Of a DNA stretch of 64,000 nucleotides, positions 9,672-19,286 are shown one piece after another. Within the stretch, counting starts at the first letter, position 1. Each line of letters starts with the position of its first letter. Both the position numbers and the translations under genes were made by a program. Location of the stretch: positions 128,001 through 192,000 of the forward strand of contig CBDAOI010000001.1 of the NCBI GenBank assembly GCA_965198005.1, written 5' to 3'. The notes beneath the pieces were generated by a model. It was not told the DNA's origin, searched no databases, and saw only the letters and a program-made list of their open reading frames with translations. The DNA is from Spirochaetia bacterium (GTDB lineage: Bacteria; Spirochaetota; Spirochaetia; SZUA-6; Bin103).

Positions 9672-9790
9672 TCTCACCCCCGCTCCGGGTCGATGGCCCG
9701 ACCGGCGCAGCAGCGCCGCCAGCCGTTCGACCCGTCCGCGCTCCTGCTCGGCATGTTGGCGCTCCTGCTCAGCGCGGTGGCGTTGTTCCA
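9672..9790 (-). pseudogene. 3' stub of a Uma2-family paralogue
   Basis: RAEQERQHAEQERGRVERLAALLRRSG..., similar to the tail of the gene at 10242-11174. Confidence 0.65.
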
Positions 9791-9861
9791 GCCGACGCCG
9801 CCGCCCGCCTCGCGGACCTCGATGCGGCGCGCACCATTGAGCGCTGACCCCAGTATGGTAC

Positions 9862-10210
9862 ATGACCGTCACCTATGACCCACGCTATAATATTGGCTAT
9901 ATCCGATTTCGCGAGTCTACCGAGGAAGTTGAGACGATCAATCGAGAGTTTGTTGAACGAAGCGTCGGCAGGCGAAACCGTTAACGAAGCGTTAAGGTTA
10001 AGGTAGTACCAACAGGCTGATCGGGGTCCCGTCGCCCCCAATTCGGCCCTCAAGGTGAGCGAGAGTTTGAATATTGACCTTTCACCCGATGGGAAGGTGT
10101 ATGGGGTCGAGTTGCTGGATGCCAATCGGCAACTCGCCGGCGAAGGGCGCCTGACATTCGTTAACGAAGCGTCAGGCAACCGTAAGGTTAAGGTAGTACC
10201 AACAGGCTGA
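9862..10210 (+). pseudogene. DUF2283-family small protein, interrupted by a ~110 bp self-derived insertion
   Basis: MTVTYDPRYNIGYIRFRESTEEVETI | KVSESLNIDLSPDGKVYGVELLDANRQLAGEGRLTFVNEASGNRKVKVVPTG*. Confidence 0.75.
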
Positions 10211-10240
10211 TCGGGGTCCCGTCGCCCCCAATTCGGCCCT
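9993..10240. repeat. Perfect 58-bp direct repeat (9993-10050 and 10183-10240)
   Basis: TAAGGTTAAGGTAGTACCAACAGGCTGATCGGGGTCCCGTCGCCCCCAATTCGGCCCT occurs twice. Confidence 0.95.
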
Positions 10241-10241
10241 G

Positions 10242-11174
10242 TCATATGATAATAGCGCTCACCCCTGCTCCGGGTCGATGCCCGACCGGCGCAGCCGCCA
10301 AGCGTTCGGCGCGCCGGCGTTCCTGCTCGGCGCGCTGCCGTTCCTCCACCATCACGTGCTCCGCGTGCTCGGCGCGCCGGCGTTCCTCCACCATCAGGCG
10401 CTCCGCGTGCTCGGCACGCTCCTTGCCCATCGGTATCAACACGTCGTGCTCGTCCGTCCAGCGCAACCACCCGCTCCACCACACGCCCTCGAACGCACCC
10501 TCCCACAGCCTCAGTCCCAACCGCAGCTCCGCGAACCGGGGCGACTCTTGGCGTTCGTAGCCCCCGTCCCTCAACCGATACACGCGCAGCTCCTCCCGCA
10601 TCACCCGATGAAACGGATCGTAGATCACGTAGTAGCCAACACCCATGCGCGCGTACCTGAGCCGCTTGCGCCCCAGCTCCTCGCCTTCCCGGTTCGACAC
10701 GATCTCCACCACCAGGTCCGGCGGCTTGCCGAACTCCCACACGAAATAGGAGCGGTGCCGCTTGTCCCACCAGTTGTCGGCCACCTGCACGTCCAGACTC
10801 AGAAACACGTCCGGCACGATCGCCGGGTTGCGCGCCTCCGCGAACACGCCGACGTTGGCAGCCGCCAGAAACCTGCGCCCGGCGCCCGGTCCGGCCCACG
10901 AGCTGTACAGCGGCTCGGTGAGCAGGCGTTGCTGCTTCTCAGAAGGCATGTTGTCCACCGGCGTATCATCCTCGGTCACCAGAGATTCGAGGTCGACGCT
11001 CACCTGCGGCGCCGCCAGCGCCGCGGCAGCCCCTGCTGCCTGGACCGAGGCGGCACGCGGCACGCTCGAGGCCGGCCTCATGAGCACCCTGCCCGGCGCG
11101 GCAGGCTCCCCTCCAGGAGCGCTGGATTGCGGGTCAAGCGCGGAATGACCACTGTGGGGGGTAGTCGGCTCCAT
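10242..11174 (-). CDS. Uma2-family (PD-(D/E)XK) endonuclease with coiled-coil tail; extreme C-terminus frameshifted
   Basis: EDDTPVDN, IVPDVFL, PPDLVVEIVS and YYVIYDP motifs; RAEHAE repeats. Confidence 0.85.
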   Translation of the reverse strand: MEPTTPHSGHSALDPQSSAPGGEPAAPGRVLMRPASSVPRAASVQAAGAAAALAAPQVSVDLESLVTEDDTPVDNMPSEKQQRLLTEPLYSSWAGPGAGRRFLAAANVGVFAEARNPAIVPDVFLSLDVQVADNWWDKRHRSYFVWEFGKPPDLVVEIVSNREGEELGRKRLRYARMGVGYYVIYDPFHRVMREELRVYRLRDGGYERQESPRFAELRLGLRLWEGAFEGVWWSGWLRWTDEHDVLIPMGKERAEHAERLMVEERRRAEHAEHVMVEERQRAEQERRRAERLAAAPVGHRPGAGVSAIII

Positions 11175-11362
11175 GCGCTCGCCAGTATACACCGAGTAAG
11201 CAGGAACTGCCACTTTGCCACTTCGCAGCACGTGGCCGAAGTGGGCCGCATCGGCGGTTTCCCACGGAACGGCGGCACGACAGAGGTCCTCCCGAGACCA
11301 AGAGGCGGCTGCTGGTCTCGCTGGATCCCCACGACCGCTCCACCGAGGATGGCATCGAGCTG

Positions 11363-12343
11363 CTACACCACTCTACATCGTGGCCCAGCCGTGGCGGGAC
11401 GCGTTCTTCTGAGCTGCGACTCGACCAACCCGCGCACGGCGTCCGCCACGGCCGCGGCGGCATCCGCCGGCAGCCAGCGGACGCCCGGAAACCGCCGGAA
11501 GAAACTGAGCTGGCGCTTCGCGAAGCGGCGCGTGTTGCGCTTCACCAACGCCTTGACCTCCGCTTGGTCGGACAACCCGAGAAAGAACTCCGCGTAGCCG
11601 ATGCTCCGCAGGCCGGGGGTGGCGGCGGCGTAACCGCGCGCCCGCAGGGCCGCTACCTCGGCCGCCAGCCCGTGGTCGAACATCCACTCCACCCGCCGTT
11701 CAATGCGCCGGTACAACTCCTCCCGGGGCCGCTCCAGTCCCAGAATCAGTACCTGATGCTCGCGGCGCGGTGCGGTCGGCAGGTGGAACGACGACAGCGG
11801 GCGGCCCGAGAGCTGAAACACCTCCAGGGCGCGAATGATCCGCCCGCGGTCCCCGACCGGCAGCCGGGCGGCGGTTGCGGCGTCGATGCGGGCCAGCTCG
11901 GCGTGCAACCGCTCGGCCCCCTCCCGGGCGCACCGCGCGCGCAACCGTTGGCGCACCGCCGGGTCGGCCGGAGGAGCCGGCGGCAGGCCGTAGAGGAACG
12001 ACCAGAGGTAGAACGCCGCGCCGCCGGCCACGATCGGGAGCCCGCCGCGCCCGGTGATCTCCGCCACCGCACGGTCCGCGGCGCGCAGGAAATCGCCGGC
12101 GGTAAACTGTACGTCCGGATCGACCAGGTCGATCAGATGATGCGGCAGCAGCCCGCGCAGCCGCGGCGATGGCTTGGCGGTGCCGGCGTCCATTCCGCGG
12201 TACACCTGCCGGGAATCGGCGCTGATCACTTCGGCCCCACAGTCGCGCAGCAGCGAACCCTGTGCCTCCAACAGCGCCGACTTGCCCACCGCCGTCGGCC
12301 CCAGCAGCAGCACCACTCGGGGCTGCGCCGTGCCGGACGTCAT
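11363..12343 (-). CDS. miaA: tRNA dimethylallyltransferase
   Basis: GPTAVGKS, ADSRQVYRGMD.GTAKP and TRRFAKRQ motifs. Confidence 0.96.
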   Translation of the reverse strand: MTSGTAQPRVVLLLGPTAVGKSALLEAQGSLLRDCGAEVISADSRQVYRGMDAGTAKPSPRLRGLLPHHLIDLVDPDVQFTAGDFLRAADRAVAEITGRGGLPIVAGGAAFYLWSFLYGLPPAPPADPAVRQRLRARCAREGAERLHAELARIDAATAARLPVGDRGRIIRALEVFQLSGRPLSSFHLPTAPRREHQVLILGLERPREELYRRIERRVEWMFDHGLAAEVAALRARGYAAATPGLRSIGYAEFFLGLSDQAEVKALVKRNTRRFAKRQLSFFRRFPGVRWLPADAAAAVADAVRGLVESQLRRTRPATAGPRCRVV

Positions 12344-12534
12344 CAGCGCTCGAGCTGGTACTTCACCTTCTTGGTAAGGATCTGCTTGATCGAGATGGAG
12401 ACCACCTTGCCCTTGTTTTCGTCCACTTCGTCATCTCCGGCCAGCGCCAGTTGGCGCGCGCGGCGGATGGCCGCGGCCGACAGCACGTAGCGGTTCTCGA
12501 GGTTGCTGATCAACAGCTTGAGGGGCAGTATCAC
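12343..12534 (-). CDS. rpoZ: RNA polymerase omega subunit (spirochaete type)
   Basis: NRYVLSAAAIRRARQL...K.VSISI motif; position between cmk and miaA. Confidence 0.85.
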   Translation of the reverse strand: MILPLKLLISNLENRYVLSAAAIRRARQLALAGDDEVDENKGKVVSISIKQILTKKVKYQLER

Positions 12535-12570
12535 GGGTCGAAATATATCGCTCGACCGGCCGCCGAGCAA

Positions 12571-13089
12571 TCATCGTGTGATCCGGGTCGCGGCAGCAAC
12601 GATCGCGGCCGCGGCCCGGAACTGGTCGTGGGTCGTGGTATCGACCACCAGATGCGCGTGCTCATAGCGATCGACGTCGATCCCGTACAGATCGAGATAG
12701 CGCCGGCGGTCGCTGGCGTCGCGCCGGTTCATCTCGGCCAGCGCGGTTGCGAACGGAACCCGATCGCGCGCCGCGATCCGTCGCGCCCGTACCTCGGGTG
12801 TGCCGCGCAGGTAGACCGCGAAGTCGACGTCAGCCAGGAGCCAGATCGCCAAGCGTGAACCCAGCACGCAGGGCCCGGCCGCGGCCGCAGCGACCTGGCG
12901 GCGGTCCAGCTCGCGGTCGATCGACGGATCACGCCCGGCCAGATCGTGCAACTCGACGAAGCTCATCCCGCGCTCCGCGGCCAGATCTCTGAACGTCAAG
13001 TTGATCAGTTTCAGCCCCAGTCGCTCGCTCACCAGCCGCGATACCGTGCTGTTGCCGCAGCCGCTCTTTCCCGAGATCGCGATTTTCAC
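12571..13089 (-). CDS. cmk: Cytidylate kinase (archaeal/spirochaete Cmk2-like)
   Basis: IAISGKSGCGNST P-loop; GSRLAIW and DRRRY..LYGID motifs. Confidence 0.85.
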   Translation of the reverse strand: MKIAISGKSGCGNSTVSRLVSERLGLKLINLTFRDLAAERGMSFVELHDLAGRDPSIDRELDRRQVAAAAAGPCVLGSRLAIWLLADVDFAVYLRGTPEVRARRIAARDRVPFATALAEMNRRDASDRRRYLDLYGIDVDRYEHAHLVVDTTTHDQFRAAAAIVAAATRITR

Positions 13090-13111
13090 GTTCCGCGTCG
13101 CACTAATCACA

Positions 13112-13975
13112 CTATTCGAGGTTGCGCAGGTGCTCGCGCATGCGTTCGATCGCGTCCCGCGCCCGCACCGCGGCCGCGCCGATCGCGTAGGCGGCTCCCT
13201 TGGCCGCAATGGTATTGGCTTCGCGCATCAACTCCTGGTTCAGGAACTCCAGTTGCTTGGCGCGCACCCCGCCGCCGGCCAGAGCCTCGCGGAACGCCTG
13301 CAGATGCCCGCGCAGCCGCACCAGCTCCTCATTGACGTCCGCCCTCGCCAGCACCACCGCCAGCGCGGCCACCACCCGGCCGTCATCGACCGGCTCCGCC
13401 AGCAACTGCTCGGTCTTGCGGGTCATGGCGGCGCGCATGCGCTCCGCGGCCAGCGGCGCTTCGGCGGCGATCACGGCCACGTCGGCTTCGACCGCCGCCA
13501 CCAGACGCTCGAGATCGGCGGTGGTGTTGGCGCCGTCGCGCCGCCGTTCCGCCTCGAACTGCGCGAACGCCCGCTCCAGCGGCTCCTGACATTCGGCCCA
13601 CATCCGCTTCGGGTCGTGCGTGCGCGCCTGCCGCAGAAAGCCGCCCACCGCCAGCAGATGGCTCAGATCCACGCCGCCGGCGCCCACGAGCTCCGCCAGC
13701 TCGTGCAGCGCGGCCCAATGTGAGCGCGCCGCGGCAGCATCGACGCTGACCCGCGCCGCTCCCTCCAGCTCGACCACCCCCACCGACAGCTCGACCCGGC
13801 CACGCCCCACCCGCTCGGCCAGGTAGCCGCGCAGCCGCGGTTCCAGCTCCCCCAGATCGGCGGGCAGGCTGACGTTCAGCTCAAGGTAGCGGCTGTTGTA
13901 GGCCTTGATCTCGACCGCAATCCGGTACCCGGCGGCGACCGATTCGGCCCGCCCGAAGCCGGTCATGCTCTTCAC
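13112..13975 (-). CDS. YicC/YloC-family endoribonuclease
   Basis: (V)KSMTGFGR start; EELVRL..H and LEFLNQELMREANTI motifs; GTG overlaps the murC stop. Confidence 0.92.
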   Translation of the reverse strand: MKSMTGFGRAESVAAGYRIAVEIKAYNSRYLELNVSLPADLGELEPRLRGYLAERVGRGRVELSVGVVELEGAARVSVDAAAARSHWAALHELAELVGAGGVDLSHLLAVGGFLRQARTHDPKRMWAECQEPLERAFAQFEAERRRDGANTTADLERLVAAVEADVAVIAAEAPLAAERMRAAMTRKTEQLLAEPVDDGRVVAALAVVLARADVNEELVRLRGHLQAFREALAGGGVRAKQLEFLNQELMREANTIAAKGAAYAIGAAAVRARDAIERMREHLRNLE

Positions 13976-15540
13976 GCGCCGCCTCCGTGGGTGCCCTGCC
14001 GCAGCCGCCCCAGCAGGTCGCGGCCGATGCGCCAGTTGTCGCCCGCCCCCATGGTTACCAGCAGGTCGCCGGGGCCGAGCGCGCCGGCCAGGTGGTCCGT
14101 GGCCGCAGCGAAGGTCGGGCAGTAGCGGACCCGGCCGTGGTGGCGGGCCACCGCCTGCAACAGGGCCCGGCCGGCGGCGTCCGCGGCCGCTTCCGGCGCC
14201 GGCCGGGCGCCCGCCTCCACCCCCGGTGGCAGTTCCCGAGCGGACGCGTAGACCGGGTGCAGCAGCACCTCGTGCGCCGCGCCGAACGCGGTGGCGAAGC
14301 GGTCCAGCAGCGCCGCGGTACGGGAAAAGGTATGGCTCATGAAGTCCACCACCAGGCGCCGGTCGGGGTAGAAGCTGCGCAGCCCGGCCAGGGTCGACGC
14401 CACCTCGGTGGGGTGATGCGCATAGTCGTCCAGCACCAGGATCCCGCGCTGCTCGCCGACGATCTCGGTGCGGCGCTTGCCGCCGCGGTAGCGGCTGAGC
14501 GCGGCGCGCACGGCCTGCTGCTCGGGCGCGGCCAGCGCGCGTCCCTCGGCCGCCAGCAGCGTGCGCGCCACCGCCACCGCGGCCGCGGCATTGTCCACGT
14601 GGTGCCGCCCCGCCACCCGTAGCGTGACCGGTTCGGCCAGGCACGCGATCCGGAAGCAGGTGGCTCCGGCCGCCGCCGCCACCGCGCTGACCCGCAACGC
14701 GCCGGCGGCGGATTCGCCGTAGGGGCAGAGGCGCAGGTCCGGCCGCCGCCGCCGCACGGCGCCCGCCACCTCGACCGCGCCGGGGTCGCCGGCCGCGTAG
14801 ATCAGGCTGCCGCCGGCCGCCATCGAGCAGGCGAATCCGGTGAACGCCGCCACCACCGCCGCGTGCGTCGGAAACGCGTCCACGTGCTCCAGCTCCACGC
14901 TGGTCAGCACGACGTGGCGCGGGTCGAAGTTGGCGAAGTGGTTGCGGTACTCGCAGGTTTCGGCCACCAGGTAGTCGGTGCCGCGCATCAGCGTGGCACG
15001 GCCGTCGAAGTTGGGCACGCCGGTGCCGGTGAGCACCGTGGCGGGCAGGTCGAGCGCGTCCACCAGGAGCCCGCACAGGGCCGCGGTGGTGGTCTTGCCG
15101 TGCACGCCGCTGATCGCGATCGAGCGCGCCGCGCGGGACAACGCTCCGAGCGCCTCGGGATAGCTGATCACCGGAATCCCGCGCGCCGCGGCCGCGGCCA
15201 GTTGCGGATTCTCGGCCCGGTCGTACGCTGCCGAGTGGACTACCCAATCGACCGCCGCCGGCAGGTCGGCGGCGGCGAACCCCACGGTCGGGCGCACCTG
15301 CAGCCGGTCGAGGATGTCCCTGGTCTGAAACTGCTCGGCCACGTCCGCGCCGGTGAGCAGCGCGCCGCGCGCCGCCAGCACCTCGGCGAGCGCCGCCATG
15401 CCGGTGCCCTTGACCCCCACCAGATGAATCCGGCGGCCCCTGACATCGGCCGGCAGACTCACCGGGCCGGGCCGACGGGCGGCTGCTGCCGGTGGGTCAC
15501 GGGTCATGGTCCGGGTCACGGAGCGACCGTGCTGGCTCAT
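13972..15540 (-). CDS. murC: UDP-N-acetylmuramate--L-alanine ligase (start 15540 or 15507)
   Basis: VGVKGTGMAALA, GVHGKTTT, DDYAHHPTE and TMGAGD motifs. Confidence 0.93.
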   Translation of the reverse strand: MSQHGRSVTRTMTRDPPAAAARRPGPVSLPADVRGRRIHLVGVKGTGMAALAEVLAARGALLTGADVAEQFQTRDILDRLQVRPTVGFAAADLPAAVDWVVHSAAYDRAENPQLAAAAARGIPVISYPEALGALSRAARSIAISGVHGKTTTAALCGLLVDALDLPATVLTGTGVPNFDGRATLMRGTDYLVAETCEYRNHFANFDPRHVVLTSVELEHVDAFPTHAAVVAAFTGFACSMAAGGSLIYAAGDPGAVEVAGAVRRRRPDLRLCPYGESAAGALRVSAVAAAAGATCFRIACLAEPVTLRVAGRHHVDNAAAAVAVARTLLAAEGRALAAPEQQAVRAALSRYRGGKRRTEIVGEQRGILVLDDYAHHPTEVASTLAGLRSFYPDRRLVVDFMSHTFSRTAALLDRFATAFGAAHEVLLHPVYASARELPPGVEAGARPAPEAAADAAGRALLQAVARHHGRVRYCPTFAAATDHLAGALGPGDLLVTMGAGDNWRIGRDLLGRLRQGTHGGGA

Positions 15541-15545
15541 CGGTT

Positions 15546-15617
<72 letters not shown>

Positions 15618-15701
15618 CTGCAAGCGCCAAAAAATATTTCAATCCCGGCGGCCGAGTCAACCTTGTCAACCACGTGTCGGGTGCTGTAAGATGCAACTCT
15701 C

Positions 15702-16736
15702 ATGGTTACCACAACGAAACCCGACACCAGGCGCGCACCCGAAGCCGCGGCCGCGGCCGCTGGCCTCGCCGGCACGCTGCCGCGTGAGCTGCTGCTGCTC
15801 ATGTACGAACGGATGACGTTGATCCGGGCGTTCGAGGAACGCCTGGTCGACTTGATGGCGAAGGGCGTCGCGATCGGCACCGCCCACTCCTACGCCGGCC
15901 AGGAAGCGGTGGCGGTCGGCGTGTGCACCGCGCTGAACCCGGACGACTGGATCGCCTCGACGCACCGCGGTCACGGCCACTGCATTGCCAAGGGCATGGA
16001 CGTAGACCCCGTCATGGCTGAGATCTACGGCAAGGTGGATGGAGCCAACCGGGGCAAGGGGGGCTCGATGCACATCACCGACGTCAGCGTCGGCATGCTC
16101 GGCGTCAACCCGATCGTCGGCGGCGGCATCCCGCACGCGGTCGGAGCCGCGCTGTCCGCCAAGCTGCGCAAGACCGGACAGGTGGCGGCGACCTTCTTCG
16201 GCGACGGCGGCGCCAACATCGGCGCCTGTCACGAGTCGATCAACCTGGCCGCGGTGTGGAACGTTCCCTGCGTATTCGTGTGCGAGAACAATGGGTACGC
16301 GCAGAGCACCCCCTCCGAGTGGAGCACCGCCGGCGAGATCTGGAAGCGGGCGATCGGCTACGGCATTCCCGGTGAGGCGGTCGACGGCCAGGACCTGCTG
16401 GCGGTGTATGCGGCCGTCAAGCAGGCGGCCGACCGCGCTCGCGCCGGCGACGGCCCGTCACTGATCGAAGCCAGAACCTATCGCTACCACGGCCACTACA
16501 TCGGCGACAATCCGCACAACTATCGACTGGAACAGGAAGAGGAAGACGCGCGCGGACGTGATTGCATCCAGCGCCTGCGCGCCAACCTGCTGGACGCGCA
16601 GACGGTTTCGGCGGCCGAGATGGACCAACTGGAGCAGCGCGCCGCGCAGCGGATCGAGGCGGCGGTGGCGTTCGCCGAGGCATCGCCCTTTCCGGAGCCG
16701 GGCGAGCTGACCACGCAGGTCTTCGCGGGAGAGTGA
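15702..16736 (+). CDS. TPP-dependent dehydrogenase E1 alpha (acetoin/pyruvate type)
   Basis: GQEAVAVG, STHRGHGH, GKGGSMH, FFGDGG and TYRYHGH motifs. Confidence 0.93.
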   Translation: MVTTTKPDTRRAPEAAAAAAGLAGTLPRELLLLMYERMTLIRAFEERLVDLMAKGVAIGTAHSYAGQEAVAVGVCTALNPDDWIASTHRGHGHCIAKGMDVDPVMAEIYGKVDGANRGKGGSMHITDVSVGMLGVNPIVGGGIPHAVGAALSAKLRKTGQVAATFFGDGGANIGACHESINLAAVWNVPCVFVCENNGYAQSTPSEWSTAGEIWKRAIGYGIPGEAVDGQDLLAVYAAVKQAADRARAGDGPSLIEARTYRYHGHYIGDNPHNYRLEQEEEDARGRDCIQRLRANLLDAQTVSAAEMDQLEQRAAQRIEAAVAFAEASPFPEPGELTTQVFAGE

Positions 16737-16738
16737 CG

Positions 16739-17797
16739 ATGGGTAACGCAACACAGAGACTTTCGTTTTCCCAGGCCGTCGGCCAGGCGATCCGGCAGGA
16801 GATGCGGCGCGATCCGAGCGTGGTGGTGATCGGCGAGGACGTGGCCGGCGCCGCCGGGCGCGCGCATCTCGGACTGCAGGACGCGTGGGGCGGGCCGACC
16901 CGGTCGACGCGCGGCCTGGTGCTGGACTTCGGGGAGGATCGGGTGATCGACGCGCCGATCTCGGAGATGGGGTTCACCGGAGCGGCGGTGGGCGCGGCGA
17001 TGACCGGCCTGCGGCCGATCGTGGACCTCGGCTTCGTCGATCTGATCGCCTGCTGCTACGATCAGGTGATCAACCAGGCGGCCAAGATGCACTACATGAT
17101 GGGCGGCCAGGTCGCGATTCCCATGACGATGCGGATGGCCTACGGGGCGCGGCCGCCAAGCACGCAATCACTTGGGGGCGGAGCCGCGGCCCAGCATTCC
17201 CAGTCGCTGTACGCGATCGTGGCCCACGTGCCCGGTCTCAAGGTGGTGGTGCCGACCAACGCGTACAACGTGAAGGGGCTGCTGACGGCGGCGATTCGTG
17301 ACGACAACCCGGTAATCATATTCGAGAACCGCTATCTGGGGGTTGCCGCCCGCGCGCAAGTTCCCGAGGAGCCCTACACGCTGCCGTTGGACAAGGCGCA
17401 GATCGCGCGCGCCGGCACGGACGTCACGCTGTGCGGCATCGGGCGCATGACCTACGTCTGTCTCGACGCGGCCGAGCGGTTGACCGCTGACGGGCTGAAC
17501 GCGGAGGTGGTGGACCTGCTGAGCGTGGCGCCGATCGACGTTGACACCGTCGTGGAGTCGGTCTCGCGCACCCACCGGCTGGTGGTGGTGGACGAGGACA
17601 CTCCCGGCTGCTCGGTCGGGCACGAGGTTGCCGCGCGGGTGGCGGACGCGGGGTTCGATTACCTCGATGCGCCGGTCAAGACCCTGCACAGCGCTGACGT
17701 GCCGGTGCCCTACAGCGCCGCCCTCGAATCGCTGTATACGCCGAACACGGATCAAGTGGTTGCCACCGTGCGCGAATTGCTCGGCAACGGCGCCTGA
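16739..17797 (+). CDS. TPP-dependent dehydrogenase E1 beta (AcoB-like)
   Basis: GEDV, DAWGG insert, DAPISE and AAAQHSQ motifs. Confidence 0.92.
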   Translation: MGNATQRLSFSQAVGQAIRQEMRRDPSVVVIGEDVAGAAGRAHLGLQDAWGGPTRSTRGLVLDFGEDRVIDAPISEMGFTGAAVGAAMTGLRPIVDLGFVDLIACCYDQVINQAAKMHYMMGGQVAIPMTMRMAYGARPPSTQSLGGGAAAQHSQSLYAIVAHVPGLKVVVPTNAYNVKGLLTAAIRDDNPVIIFENRYLGVAARAQVPEEPYTLPLDKAQIARAGTDVTLCGIGRMTYVCLDAAERLTADGLNAEVVDLLSVAPIDVDTVVESVSRTHRLVVVDEDTPGCSVGHEVAARVADAGFDYLDAPVKTLHSADVPVPYSAALESLYTPNTDQVVATVRELLGNGA

Positions 17798-17814
17798 ATC
17801 GCGCTGAACCGCGC

Positions 17815-19225
17815 ATGGCGACGCAGATCCTCATGCCGAGCCTCGGCATGTACACGATTGAGGGTGAGTTGACCCGCTGGCTGGTCGCCGACGGCGCCGA
17901 GGTGGCGGCGGAGCAGGCGATCCTCGAGCTGACCACGGAGAAGAGCACCGTGGAGATCAACGCGCCGGCCGGCGGGATTCTGCACCAGGTCGCTCCCGCG
18001 GGGGCCGTGGTGCACGTGGAAGCGTTGCTCGGGTACGTGCTGGCGCCGGGCGAAGAGCCTCCGGCGCCGGCGGCCGGTGCGACCGGCTCTGCCCCCGACG
18101 CCGCGGCCGCAGCCGCGGCCCCACGCCCCGGCGTCGTGGCGGCGGTACCGGCGGCGGCCGGGGCCGGCGCGGCCGCGGGTGGACCGGTGCGCGCCTCCCC
18201 TGCCGCCCGCCGCCGTGCCAAGGAGCTGGGCGTCGCGCTGGAGGTGGTTACCGGCACCGGCCCCGGCGGCCGCATCACCGAAGCGGACGTGCAGGCGGCC
18301 GCGGCCGCACCGCAAGCCGTGTCGGGGCCGGCGCCGCCCGGTCCTGGTGCGGCCGGCCCTGTCCCCGGCGCCGCGGCCGCGGGCGGACCGGTGCGCGCCT
18401 CCCCCGCTGCCCGCCGCCGCGCCAAGGAGCGGCGTGACGCTGGAGGCGGTCACCGGCACCGGCCCCGGCGGCCGCATCACCGAAGCGGACGTGCAGGCGG
18501 CGGCGGCGGCCACCGCGGCGCCTGCCGCCGGCGCGGGCGGGCGCGCCGTGCTCCGGCGAGTGCCGTTGAGCGGCATGCGCAGGGTGATCGCCACCCGCAT
18601 GCACGACAGCCTGACCCGGACGGCCCAGCTCACCCTGACCCGGGAGGCCGACGCCGGCCCCCTGATCGAGGCCCGGCAGCGTGCGTCGGCGGCGGTGAAG
18701 GTGGCCTTCGACGTGCTCCTGGCGCAGGCGCTGGCGCGCGCGCTGGTGGCGCAGCCGGCGCTCAACGCGGTGGTCGAGGGCGACCAGATCCTGCTGCTGG
18801 ACGGGGTGCACGTGGGCATCGCGGTGGCGGTCGAGGGCGGTCTGCTGGTGCCGGTGCTGCGCGACGCCGCGCACCGGCCGCTGGCCGATCTGGCGCAGGA
18901 CCTCACCGGCCTCACCGACCGGGCACGCGGCGGGCGGCTCAGTCCGGCCGAGTACGAGGGCGGCACCGTCACCATCACCAACCTCGGCGCCTACGGCATC
19001 GACACCTTCACCCCGATCCTCAATCCCCCCGAAAGCGCCATCCTGGGCGTGGGGCGAATCGCGCCGCGGCCGTTCGTCGACGACCCTGCCGACGGGGCGG
19101 GCCCCGGCCTGACCGTGCGCCCGACCGTGCACCTCAGCCTCACGTTCGATCATCGCGTCGCCGACGGCGCCGCCGCCGCGCAGCTCCTGGAGGCGTTGGT
19201 GTCGGAGTGGACGCGCTTGGCGTAA
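17815..19225 (+). pseudogene. Dihydrolipoamide acyltransferase E2 with two E3-binding domains; 2-nt frameshift at ~18431 (real or sequencing error)
   Basis: Lipoyl TEKS motif, RASPAARRRAKE...GTGPGGRITEADV twice, catalytic LTFDHRVADG in the second frame. Confidence 0.85.
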
Positions 19226-19286
19226 GCGTGCCCGGCGCACGTAAGATCGTTCGTGCCGGGCGCGTCTGCCATAGCAGGAAGACAGC

